Of a stretch of DNA of 64,000 nucleotides, positions 1 to 8,014 are shown in pieces (within the stretch, counting starts at the first letter, position 1; every line of letters starts with the position of its first letter). The stretch is from a virus, in the IMG/VR virus record IMGVR_UViG_3300028394_000041, positions 64,001-128,000 of that record; one strand, given 5' to 3'. Both the position numbers and the translations under genes were made by a program. The notes below the pieces were generated by a model that did not search any database, was not told the origin of the DNA, and saw only the letters and a program-made list of their open reading frames with translations.

Positions 1-2148
1 TCCAAGATTCGTGCTAAAAAGCAGGTTATTGATGGGGTAACGTATCTAGATGGTAGTTTGATGTGTGACGTAGATTTAGATATTTGTTATTATAATCGTC
101 AAAAAGTACTCCAATATCTAGAGAATAAATTCAAAGGTAAGACTAGTAAGATATTAACCTTTAATAGCTTAAGTGGAAAATTACTTATTAAAGAGTGCGG
201 TAAAATCATCGCTGAAAAACCAGAGCAAGAGATGACCATGATATCGTCTTTAATTCCTAAGACCTATGGCCAAGTTAAAGATATTTCAGAAGCCTACAAA
301 GAAGTTGAGCAGTTTAAAGATTGGTGCGATCAAAACAAAGAAGCATATCAAATTGCTCTTAAGTTAAGAGATTTAATTAAGAATAAAGGAGTTCATCCTT
401 CTGGCGTATTACTTTCTTATTATGATCTAGAAACTATATGTCCAACAGAATTTTCTTCAGATAAAGAAGTAGTATCTAGTTTTGATATGAACTGGGCAAG
501 CGTTTTTAATATAAAATTAGATATCCTTGGTCTAAGAAGCGTTTCTGTAGTCGATAATGTCTGTAAGAGTATTAATATAAAAATAGAAGATATTGATTTA
601 AATCATGAATCTATTTATAGAAATTTGCAAGAATTGAAATCCCCACATGGTTTATTCCAAATTGAAGCAGAAACTAATTTTAGAGTATGCCAAAAAGTTA
701 AGCCAAAGAATCTAGAAGAGCTTAGTGGTGTGCTTGCTTTAGCTAGACCTGGCGCACTTCAATTCGTAGATAAATATGCTGCTCATACAAATTATCAACA
801 ATCAGAAAGTATTCATCCGTTCTTTGATGAAATTTTAAAAGAAACTGGCGGAGTTGCTTTATATCAAGAGCAATTAATGAAAATGGCTCATAAGATTGGC
901 TTTACTTTAGATGAAGCAGAAATCTTAAGAAGAATCGTAGGCAAAAAGAAAACTGAAGAGATCAAAGCTTGGCAACAAAAGATCGAACAAAAATGCAAAG
1001 AAAATAAAATTCCAAAAGAAGTCAGCGAAATTCTATGGAAGATTCTTGAAGATTCTGCGAACTACTCTTTTAATAAATCACATTCTATAGCTTACGCAGG
1101 ATTAGCAGCGATTACAATTTATCTTAAATTTAATTATCCTCAACAATTCTTTTTATCATTATTGAAAATGAGTAGGAATGAGCCAGACCCAATTGGAGAG
1201 ATATCTAAGATTCAAAAAGAAATGCATAATTTCGGAATCAAACTTCTTCCACCACATATTATCAAATCAGAAATGGATTTCTCAATCGAAGATAAGGATA
1301 TTAGGTTTGGTTTATTATCAATCAAGGGAATTAGTGACAAATCAATAGAAAAATTAAATAGCTTCAGAAATAAATACTCTAATAAATTTGAAATATTTGA
1401 AGCTGCGGAAGAAGCTGGTTTAAATATTGGAGCATTATCTGCATTAATTCAAGCTGGAGCACTTAGCGGTTTTAATCAATCAAGAAGCAAAATAGTACTA
1501 GAAGTTCAGCTATGGAACATGTTAACCTCTAAGGAGAAAAAGTATGCCATATCATTTGCAGATAAACTCGACTATGATCTAATTAAAATCATTAAACATC
1601 TTAATAAATTCACAGATGAGAAAAATAAAGTAGTTATTAAAGATAATAGACTGGACACTATTAAAGAAAAATATGCGCCATATTTAAGTATATATGAACA
1701 AAACAATAAAAGCGAAAGCTTCGCTAATTGGTATTACGAAAAGAAACTTCTAGGATATACTTATAATAAAAATCTAAAAGATATCTTTGCTGAAAAAAGA
1801 GAAAACCTTAAATATATATCTGATGTATTAGATGAACCAGTAAACTCTAAAGTAGCTTTAGTTGGTCAGATAGACGAAGTATTCTCTGGTATATCTAAAA
1901 ATGCAAAAAAGACAAGATATGTCAGGTTAAAGATATCAGATGAAACAAGCACGATTAGCGTATTAATATTCAATGATAACATTGAAACAAATAAGCTACT
2001 GAACGATAGGAATTTTGAAGAAGGAAATATTGTTATAGTCAAAGGCTCCAAAAGAGATGATTGTATATTTGGCGATTTAATAGCTATCCAAGATCATGAG
2101 ATTTATATGAAATTAAATGATTTAAAAAAGATAGATAAAAATAGTTGA
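1..2148 (+). CDS. dnaE: DNA polymerase III alpha subunit (DnaE-type), 5'-truncated by the window edge
   Basis: Frame 1 is open from base 1. Motifs: catalytic DVDLD, GVHPSGV, KLDILGL, YQEQLM, YSFNKSHS, IRFGLLSIKGI, plus a C-terminal OB-like domain. Confidence 0.95.
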   Translation, partial: SKIRAKKQVIDGVTYLDGSLMCDVDLDICYYNRQKVLQYLENKFKGKTSKILTFNSLSGKLLIKECGKIIAEKPEQEMTMISSLIPKTYGQVKDISEAYKEVEQFKDWCDQNKEAYQIALKLRDLIKNKGVHPSGVLLSYYDLETICPTEFSSDKEVVSSFDMNWASVFNIKLDILGLRSVSVVDNVCKSINIKIEDIDLNHESIYRNLQELKSPHGLFQIEAETNFRVCQKVKPKNLEELSGVLALARPGALQFVDKYAAHTNYQQSESIHPFFDEILKETGGVALYQEQLMKMAHKIGFTLDEAEILRRIVGKKKTEEIKAWQQKIEQKCKENKIPKEVSEILWKILEDSANYSFNKSHSIAYAGLAAITIYLKFNYPQQFFLSLLKMSRNEPDPIGEISKIQKEMHNFGIKLLPPHIIKSEMDFSIEDKDIRFGLLSIKGISDKSIEKLNSFRNKYSNKFEIFEAAEEAGLNIGALSALIQAGALSGFNQSRSKIVLEVQLWNMLTSKEKKYAISFADKLDYDLIKIIKHLNKFTDEKNKVVIKDNRLDTIKEKYAPYLSIYEQNNKSESFANWYYEKKLLGYTYNKNLKDIFAEKRENLKYISDVLDEPVNSKVALVGQIDEVFSGISKNAKKTRYVRLKISDETSTISVLIFNDNIETNKLLNDRNFEEGNIVIVKGSKRDDCIFGDLIAIQDHEIYMKLNDLKKIDKNS

Positions 2149-2173
2149 CTTTTAAGTATATTCTAGTTATCAT
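2145..2173 (+). promoter_or_regulatory. sigma70-type promoter, probably giving a leaderless mRNA
   Basis: TTGACT-N17-TATCAT, with ATG 8 nt downstream and no SD. Confidence 0.75.
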
Positions 2174-2181
2174 TATCTAAT

Positions 2182-2724
2182 ATGATATCATTTTACAAAC
2201 CAAATAGTAAAAACACAGGCACAGCTTGTAGTTTTAGCGTAAATTCAAAAGAAGGCTCGATTTGGAGCTCTTTGATTAAACAAAGCTCATGGAATGAAGG
2301 AACAAAAACTGGTTCATTTTCCGCAAACAAAGATAACCCACAAAAGAGTGCTAAAATTAAGTTCTCAATAACAGAAGCGGCGGGTTTGTTGGAAACCTTA
2401 GATAAAAATGTAGAATTTTCTGCATACCATTCTTCTGATAAACAGATAACAAAAATTAAACTTTCTCCTTATATCAAGGACGATAAACAGGTAGGATTTT
2501 CCTATAGCGTTAATAAAGAAAGCAAAGAAAACATAGAGAATAAGCAGTCGTTTCTCCTTGGTTTTTATTTTAGTGAAGCTAGGCTCTTAAGAGAGTTTTT
2601 ATCTCATTCCTTACAGTCTGTATTTAGGACTCAAGAGGTGGAAGCAATTAAAAAATTTAAAAATTCAAAACCTAATCAAGAACCAACTAAAAATCTCCCA
2701 GAAGAAGACAGTGAGCTTTGGTAA
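2182..2724 (+). CDS. putative ssDNA-binding protein (Whirly/PC4-like)
   Basis: Repeated beta-sheet + helix pattern (FYKP..TGTACSF; KIKFSITEAAGLL), acidic aromatic tail EEDSELW, and position next to dnaE. Confidence 0.5.
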   Translation: MISFYKPNSKNTGTACSFSVNSKEGSIWSSLIKQSSWNEGTKTGSFSANKDNPQKSAKIKFSITEAAGLLETLDKNVEFSAYHSSDKQITKIKLSPYIKDDKQVGFSYSVNKESKENIENKQSFLLGFYFSEARLLREFLSHSLQSVFRTQEVEAIKKFKNSKPNQEPTKNLPEEDSELW

Positions 2725-4664
2725 TTGTGAGCAAAAAGAAAGTCTTATTACAAACTGACTTTTCTCTAGCCAAAACTGGTTTCGGCAGAAATGCTAGGGC
2801 GCTTTTACAAAGTCTTTACGAATCTAATAAATATGAAGTAGTTCATTACTGCTGTGGCATTCCAGTTGGTCATCCAGAGTTGTCAAAGACTCCTTGGAAA
2901 TCAGTCGGAGCCTTACCAAGCAATCCACAAGAAGCAGAGCAAATAAATAAAGATCCAAATTTAGCGAGAGCAGCGAGTTATGGAGCATATCTACTTGATC
3001 AAACTATAGAGAACGAAAAGCCAGATGTTTATATAGCTATACAAGACATTTGGGGAGTAGATTTTGCTATAGATAAGTATTGGTTTAATAAAATTAACTC
3101 TATTATCTGGACTACCTTAGACTCTTTGCCAATCTTAGATTCTGCAATTAAATGTGCACCAAAAGTTAAAAATTATTGGATATGGAGCGATTTTGCTACG
3201 AAAGCACTACATAAGCTTGGACATAAACACGTTAAAACAGTTCATGGATGTTTAGAAGATAAAAATTTCCATAGATTATCTGATTTTGACCGTAATCAAC
3301 TTAGGAAAAAATATAATATTCCACAAGACGCTTTTATTATAGGGTTTGTATTCAGAAATCAATTAAGAAAAAGCGTACCTAATCTTTTGCAAGGATACGC
3401 GCTTTGGAAAAAGAATAACCCAAATGTAAAAAATACATTTCTTCTTCTGCATACCCACTGGTCAGAAGGTTGGAATATTTATAAATTAGCAGATGAATTT
3501 GGAGTTGATAAAAAAGAAATTCTTACAACGTATATTTGCAAGAACTGTGGCGAATATGAAATTAAAAATTTTAATGGACAAGACATAGATTGTAGATTCT
3601 GTGGCTCAAGCAAATCCCAAATTACAACAAATGTAGGATTAGGAATAACAGAAAAAGAATTAAATGAAGTCTATAATTTTATGGACGTATATTGTCATCC
3701 ATTTACTAGTGGTGGTCAAGAGATACCGATTCAAGAAGCTAAACTCACAGAGCTTGTTACATTAGTTACGAATTACTCTTGTGGAGAGGAAATGTGCGTT
3801 AAAGAAGCGGCATCTCTCCCATTAGAATGGTCAGAATATAGAGAGCATGGAACAGAATTTATTAAAGCTTCAACCTCTCCAGAGTCAATAGCTACGCAAT
3901 TAAATGCTGTATATAAAATGTCAACGGCACAAAAAAAGGAATTAGGTAAAAGAGCGAGAGAATGGACTTTAGAAAACTTTAGTGTCTCAAAAATTTCTCA
4001 AAAAATTCAAGATTTTATTGATAATTCTGATTTAGTAGATTGGAATAAAATTTCAAATAAAAACAAAGTTGTCAAAGACGCACTCGCTGAAATTCCACAA
4101 ATTGAAAATAATTCCGATTGGATTTCGTACTTATATCACAATATCTTAAAGATGGAAAAAGTTGATGAAAAAGACGAAGGCCATAAATATTGGATGGATC
4201 AAATATCTAAAGGCGCGAAAAGAGAAGATATAGAAAAATATTTCAGACAAGTAGCAGCTCAAGAAAACCAAAAGAATAAAGACTTTAATTTTGAAGATGC
4301 TCTAGACAAAAATGATCAAGGCAAAAGAATACTTTATGTAATGCCAGAAAGCATTGGAGATATTTATATGTCTACAGCTTTATTTAAAAATATTAAAAAG
4401 CAATACCCAGACTATAATTTATATGTGGCAGTAAAACCAGAGTATTTTGAGATCCTAGAGGCAGACCCACATATACATAAATTAATTCAATACTTACCTC
4501 AAATGGATCAAATTTTATGGTTAGAAGGACAAGGAGATCATAAAGGATATTTTGAATTGGCATTTTTACCACATGCAGGAACTCAAAGATTTTTAGATTA
4601 TCTACATAATGGTAAAACCAACATACAATTTGATATAAAGGAGAACTCTTATGCATCTACTTGA
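2718..4664 (+). CDS. multidomain glycosyltransferase: GT4 with Zn-ribbon insert, DUF4214-like helical domain and N-terminal half of a GT9
   Basis: KTGFGR, RNQLRKSVP, DVYCHPFTSGGQEIPIQEA (GT4); CKNC..CRFC; YLYHNIL..DEGHKYW; RILYVMPESIGDIYMSTALFKNIKKQYPD (GT9 N-lobe). The start may be GTG at 2727. Confidence 0.85.
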   Translation: MVIVSKKKVLLQTDFSLAKTGFGRNARALLQSLYESNKYEVVHYCCGIPVGHPELSKTPWKSVGALPSNPQEAEQINKDPNLARAASYGAYLLDQTIENEKPDVYIAIQDIWGVDFAIDKYWFNKINSIIWTTLDSLPILDSAIKCAPKVKNYWIWSDFATKALHKLGHKHVKTVHGCLEDKNFHRLSDFDRNQLRKKYNIPQDAFIIGFVFRNQLRKSVPNLLQGYALWKKNNPNVKNTFLLLHTHWSEGWNIYKLADEFGVDKKEILTTYICKNCGEYEIKNFNGQDIDCRFCGSSKSQITTNVGLGITEKELNEVYNFMDVYCHPFTSGGQEIPIQEAKLTELVTLVTNYSCGEEMCVKEAASLPLEWSEYREHGTEFIKASTSPESIATQLNAVYKMSTAQKKELGKRAREWTLENFSVSKISQKIQDFIDNSDLVDWNKISNKNKVVKDALAEIPQIENNSDWISYLYHNILKMEKVDEKDEGHKYWMDQISKGAKREDIEKYFRQVAAQENQKNKDFNFEDALDKNDQGKRILYVMPESIGDIYMSTALFKNIKKQYPDYNLYVAVKPEYFEILEADPHIHKLIQYLPQMDQILWLEGQGDHKGYFELAFLPHAGTQRFLDYLHNGKTNIQFDIKENSYAST

Positions 4665-5793
4665 AAGATACGCAACATCCTGTGGGGTTAAAATAGATCG
4701 ACCATATATTTATGATAAATTTTTTCCGCTACCTTTTGATAAATATATAACTTTTCAACCATATAGTAAATATGAAGCAAAAAATTATGATTACTGGGGA
4801 GAAGTCTTAATACTATTAACACCATTTTTGGAAAAACATAACATCCGTGTAGTTCAAATTGGTGGAGAAAAAGACAAACAAGTTCAAGGATGCCATGTTC
4901 TTTGTGGGCAAACAAAAATACAACAAGCGGCATACATCATTAAAAATAGCTTATTGCATTTAGGAACTGATAGTTTCGCGGCTCATATTGCCTCTGGATT
5001 TAATAAAAAAATAGTAGCAATATATTCTAACAATAATATAGAAAACGTTAAACCTTATTGGTCTGATCAAAAAGATTTAACTCTAATAAGGGCAGAGTCC
5101 AATAAAAAACCATCTTATTCTGCAAATGAATTTCCTAAACAGATAAATGATATCAAGCCAGAGCTAATCGCTCAGTCAGTACTAGATGCTTTAGATATTA
5201 AAGAAATTATCAATATTAAAACTTTATTTATAGGCAAAAATTTTCAAAATAAAACTTTTGAACTTATTCCTGATATTAGTTTAAACATACAAGCTATACC
5301 AATTAAAAATCCTATTGTAAGAATGGACTATGTTTTTAATGAAGCTTTCCTAGAAAACGTTTTAAAATTAAAAGAAAATGTTATCATTTTTACTAATAAA
5401 AAAATCAATAGCAATTTGATAAGTAAATATAAACAAAAGATTTCTCAAATCATTTACATAATAGATGAAGATAATGATCCAAGTTTTGCTTTAGTTTTGA
5501 AAAAGAATCTTATTAATTATGTATTACTCAGCTTTTTACCGCAAAACATACTTCAAAAATATAAATTGAATTACATGGATTACAATCTAATCGTAAGCAA
5601 AGACCTTCCAACGAAATTAGAAAATATAAGTTTGTCTGAAAATACAAGATATAGATCATCAAAAATTCTTTTGTCTTCTGAAGGCGAATTTTCTTCTAAA
5701 TATGAATGGCAGAATAAAACGAAAGATATGGTAATTGATGATCCAGAATTCTGGAAAGAGGTTGATAATTTTCATATTTTTCAATTGACTTAA
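4651..5793 (+). CDS. GT9 (heptosyltransferase-like) C-terminal half fused to an unknown domain
   Basis: KNYDYWGEV, VVQIGG, LCGQTKIQQAAYII, HLGTDSFAAHIASGFNKKIVAIY; AAGGAG SD upstream. Confidence 0.8.
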   Translation: MHLLERYATSCGVKIDRPYIYDKFFPLPFDKYITFQPYSKYEAKNYDYWGEVLILLTPFLEKHNIRVVQIGGEKDKQVQGCHVLCGQTKIQQAAYIIKNSLLHLGTDSFAAHIASGFNKKIVAIYSNNNIENVKPYWSDQKDLTLIRAESNKKPSYSANEFPKQINDIKPELIAQSVLDALDIKEIINIKTLFIGKNFQNKTFELIPDISLNIQAIPIKNPIVRMDYVFNEAFLENVLKLKENVIIFTNKKINSNLISKYKQKISQIIYIIDEDNDPSFALVLKKNLINYVLLSFLPQNILQKYKLNYMDYNLIVSKDLPTKLENISLSENTRYRSSKILLSSEGEFSSKYEWQNKTKDMVIDDPEFWKEVDNFHIFQLT

Positions 5794-5813
5794 AGTATAA
5801 TACATAGTATCAT
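5785..5813 (+). promoter_or_regulatory. sigma70-type promoter, probably giving a leaderless mRNA
   Basis: TTGACT-N17-TATCAT with the same boxes as at 2145; ATG 6 nt downstream. Confidence 0.75.
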
Positions 5814-5819
5814 TCTTAA

Positions 5820-6626
5820 ATGAGCCCAAAGATAAAACTAGAAGAAAATACTACCTCAATAGGCAGTTCGGAATTATTTAAAAATGTATCAATTATTAAC
5901 CCCATTGAGGAGCTAAAAGCTAAGGTGGTTCCACCAAATTTAATAACTAGAAACCAATACGGGCTGGTAGAAGATAGTAACCTCAATTACATCTTCAATG
6001 AAGATGGAACAATAAATTGGCGAAAAATGGTTAAAGTTGAGCATCTTGTACCTAATCGTCAAAAGACTCAAGAAACAGACGTATCAAAACTTCAAGACAG
6101 AGATTTGCTTATCCTATTAGGAGGTATCAAAGAATTAGCTCAAATCCGAGGCTATACTAGCGTTGAATATAAAGTCGTTGCTGCTTCTGAAACTTATTTC
6201 GCAACAAGCTGTAGAATTACATGGCTTCCAAATTATGAAACGGGTGGAAAAGAAGTTATTTTCGAATCATTAGCAGATGCTAGCACAAATAATACAAAAA
6301 GCTTTGCAAGATTTTTCCTCGCAGCAATAGCCGAGAATAGGGCTTTTGTTCGTTGTGTGCGTAACTTCTTGAAGATTAATATTGTTTCTCAAGAAGAATT
6401 AGGAGACGCAAAACTAATTGATGAATCCCCAAGCGTAGAAAACCCTACTTCTCCTCAGAATCTTTTAGAAAAAACAATGAAAGACAAAAATATTTCATTT
6501 GAAATCCTAAAGAAAAAATTGATAAAAGAAAACTTTGAAGGCGCAGATAGTTTAACTTGCATACAAGATATAGCAAAGGTTAAGATTTTTGAATTAATTG
6601 AAAGACTGAAAAAAGTCGAAAAATAA
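5820..6626 (+). CDS. putative single-strand annealing recombinase (Rad52/ERF/Sak-like)
   Basis: GIKELAQIRG, ADAS, AIAENRAFVRCVRNFLKINIVSQEEL resemble the SSAP core; replication context. Confidence 0.55.
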   Translation: MSPKIKLEENTTSIGSSELFKNVSIINPIEELKAKVVPPNLITRNQYGLVEDSNLNYIFNEDGTINWRKMVKVEHLVPNRQKTQETDVSKLQDRDLLILLGGIKELAQIRGYTSVEYKVVAASETYFATSCRITWLPNYETGGKEVIFESLADASTNNTKSFARFFLAAIAENRAFVRCVRNFLKINIVSQEELGDAKLIDESPSVENPTSPQNLLEKTMKDKNISFEILKKKLIKENFEGADSLTCIQDIAKVKIFELIERLKKVEK

Positions 6627-6627
6627 A

Positions 6628-7425
6628 TTAATATAAAGTAAAATAATTTAAATTGAGTTGGCCTTCGCTTGTAGATGAGAAAGAAGCAGATTCTTCTTTC
6701 TTAGTCAAATTATTAAAAGAGAATTGCTGGGCAGATGTCAAATCTGAATATTTTTTAAATTTTAAAGTCAAATTATCTAATTTTGGAGCATTATATATAT
6801 TTGAAATACCGCTAAAATTATATTCATTTAAATTAGCGTTTATATTGAAACTAATTTTTAATGGTAAATTAGGCATAAAATTATCTGGTATATATTTACC
6901 TATTGTATAATTTGGATTTTTTGTACAGTCTATATTTAAGTTGAAACTATTTATAAGAGGCTTATCAACGACCTGGCTATCAAAATAAATATCAACGTAG
7001 TTATAATCATAAGGATCAATATCAAAACCTGTTATACTTAAAATCTCTAATCCTGTTTGGGAAAAAACTTCAGCAAATACTTTAATATTAGCTTTTGCAT
7101 TTATTAACGAGTCTAATTGATAGTTTAAACTGTAATTATTTAATAATCCAGTATTAAAAATAAAATATTTATCATTATAATTGAATTTTCCACTAAAAGG
7201 TGCATTACCAGTGAAATTTAATAAAATATCATTTGCTTCTGGTATGTACTCAATATCTAGATCGGCCTCAATAAATTTAGAATTAATAAAATTAAGATCT
7301 TGATTATTAATGGTTAAAGAGGTTTCTACCTCTGTAGGATATCTTAAATTTAAAGATTGAATACCTTTTATTTGAGTAGTATTTAAAACAAACTTTTGAT
7401 TTTCTTTAGAAGAATAATAGGCCAT
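6628..7425 (-). CDS. tail-tube-like structural protein (diverged paralog)
   Basis: IKGIQSLNL, LLNNYSLNY and FNLNIDCTKNPNYTIG..LPLKISF align by eye with the tail tube at 26431-27576; GTGTAA upstream. Confidence 0.5.
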   Translation of the reverse strand: MAYYSSKENQKFVLNTTQIKGIQSLNLRYPTEVETSLTINNQDLNFINSKFIEADLDIEYIPEANDILLNFTGNAPFSGKFNYNDKYFIFNTGLLNNYSLNYQLDSLINAKANIKVFAEVFSQTGLEILSITGFDIDPYDYNYVDIYFDSQVVDKPLINSFNLNIDCTKNPNYTIGKYIPDNFMPNLPLKISFNINANLNEYNFSGISNIYNAPKLDNLTLKFKKYSDLTSAQQFSFNNLTKKEESASFSSTSEGQLNLNYFTLY

Positions 7426-7434
7426 TTCATATAA

Positions 7435-7456
7435 TTACACGGTTTTTTAAGTGTAA
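7435..7456. promoter_or_regulatory. back-to-back GTGTAA late-promoter motifs (divergent)
   Basis: TTACAC-ggttttttaa-GTGTAA lies between the divergent starts at 7425(-) and 7478(+). Confidence 0.75.
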
Positions 7457-7477
7457 ATTACATGAGGTAAAAGGTAT

Positions 7478-8014
7478 ATGGCTAGTATTTACGATACAGT
7501 TTCAAGCTGGGGCTCGGGGCCTACTTATAATAAGTATGATATAGTGAAGGGTAGTGACAATAAATACTATTATTCGATTATAGATTTAAATAACAATCAA
7601 AACCCAACTACAGTAGGAAATCTTCAAGTTGAATGGGATGGATATAAATCAATCAATTCTGTTCTTGTGCCTAACTTTTTTTGGCAACCGTCTTATTCTT
7701 CTTCTATTAAACAAGAGCCTAGAGTCAAAAGAATTAAATTTGGTAATGGATACGAGCAAAGAATTTCTGATTCTATTAATTATAATTTAGTAACTTTTGA
7801 TGTTCAATTCCAACTTAGAACCGAAAAAGAAACTGTAAGTATTTTGCATTTCTTAAATGAAAGAGATACGAAAGAAGCGTTCACTTATAATATGCCTACG
7901 GTTTTATCTAAATCAGTATTTTCTACTAGATTTATTTGTCCTAATTGGAGTTTTGATTATGTTTCATACAATAACTATTCAATAAAATGTTCATTTGAAG
8001 AGGTATCAGCTTAA
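7478..8014 (+). CDS. distal/minor tail protein, lambda gpM-like
   Basis: FFWQPSY..PRVKRIKFGNGYEQRISDSIN..FEEV. Confidence 0.85.
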   Translation: MASIYDTVSSWGSGPTYNKYDIVKGSDNKYYYSIIDLNNNQNPTTVGNLQVEWDGYKSINSVLVPNFFWQPSYSSSIKQEPRVKRIKFGNGYEQRISDSINYNLVTFDVQFQLRTEKETVSILHFLNERDTKEAFTYNMPTVLSKSVFSTRFICPNWSFDYVSYNNYSIKCSFEEVSA

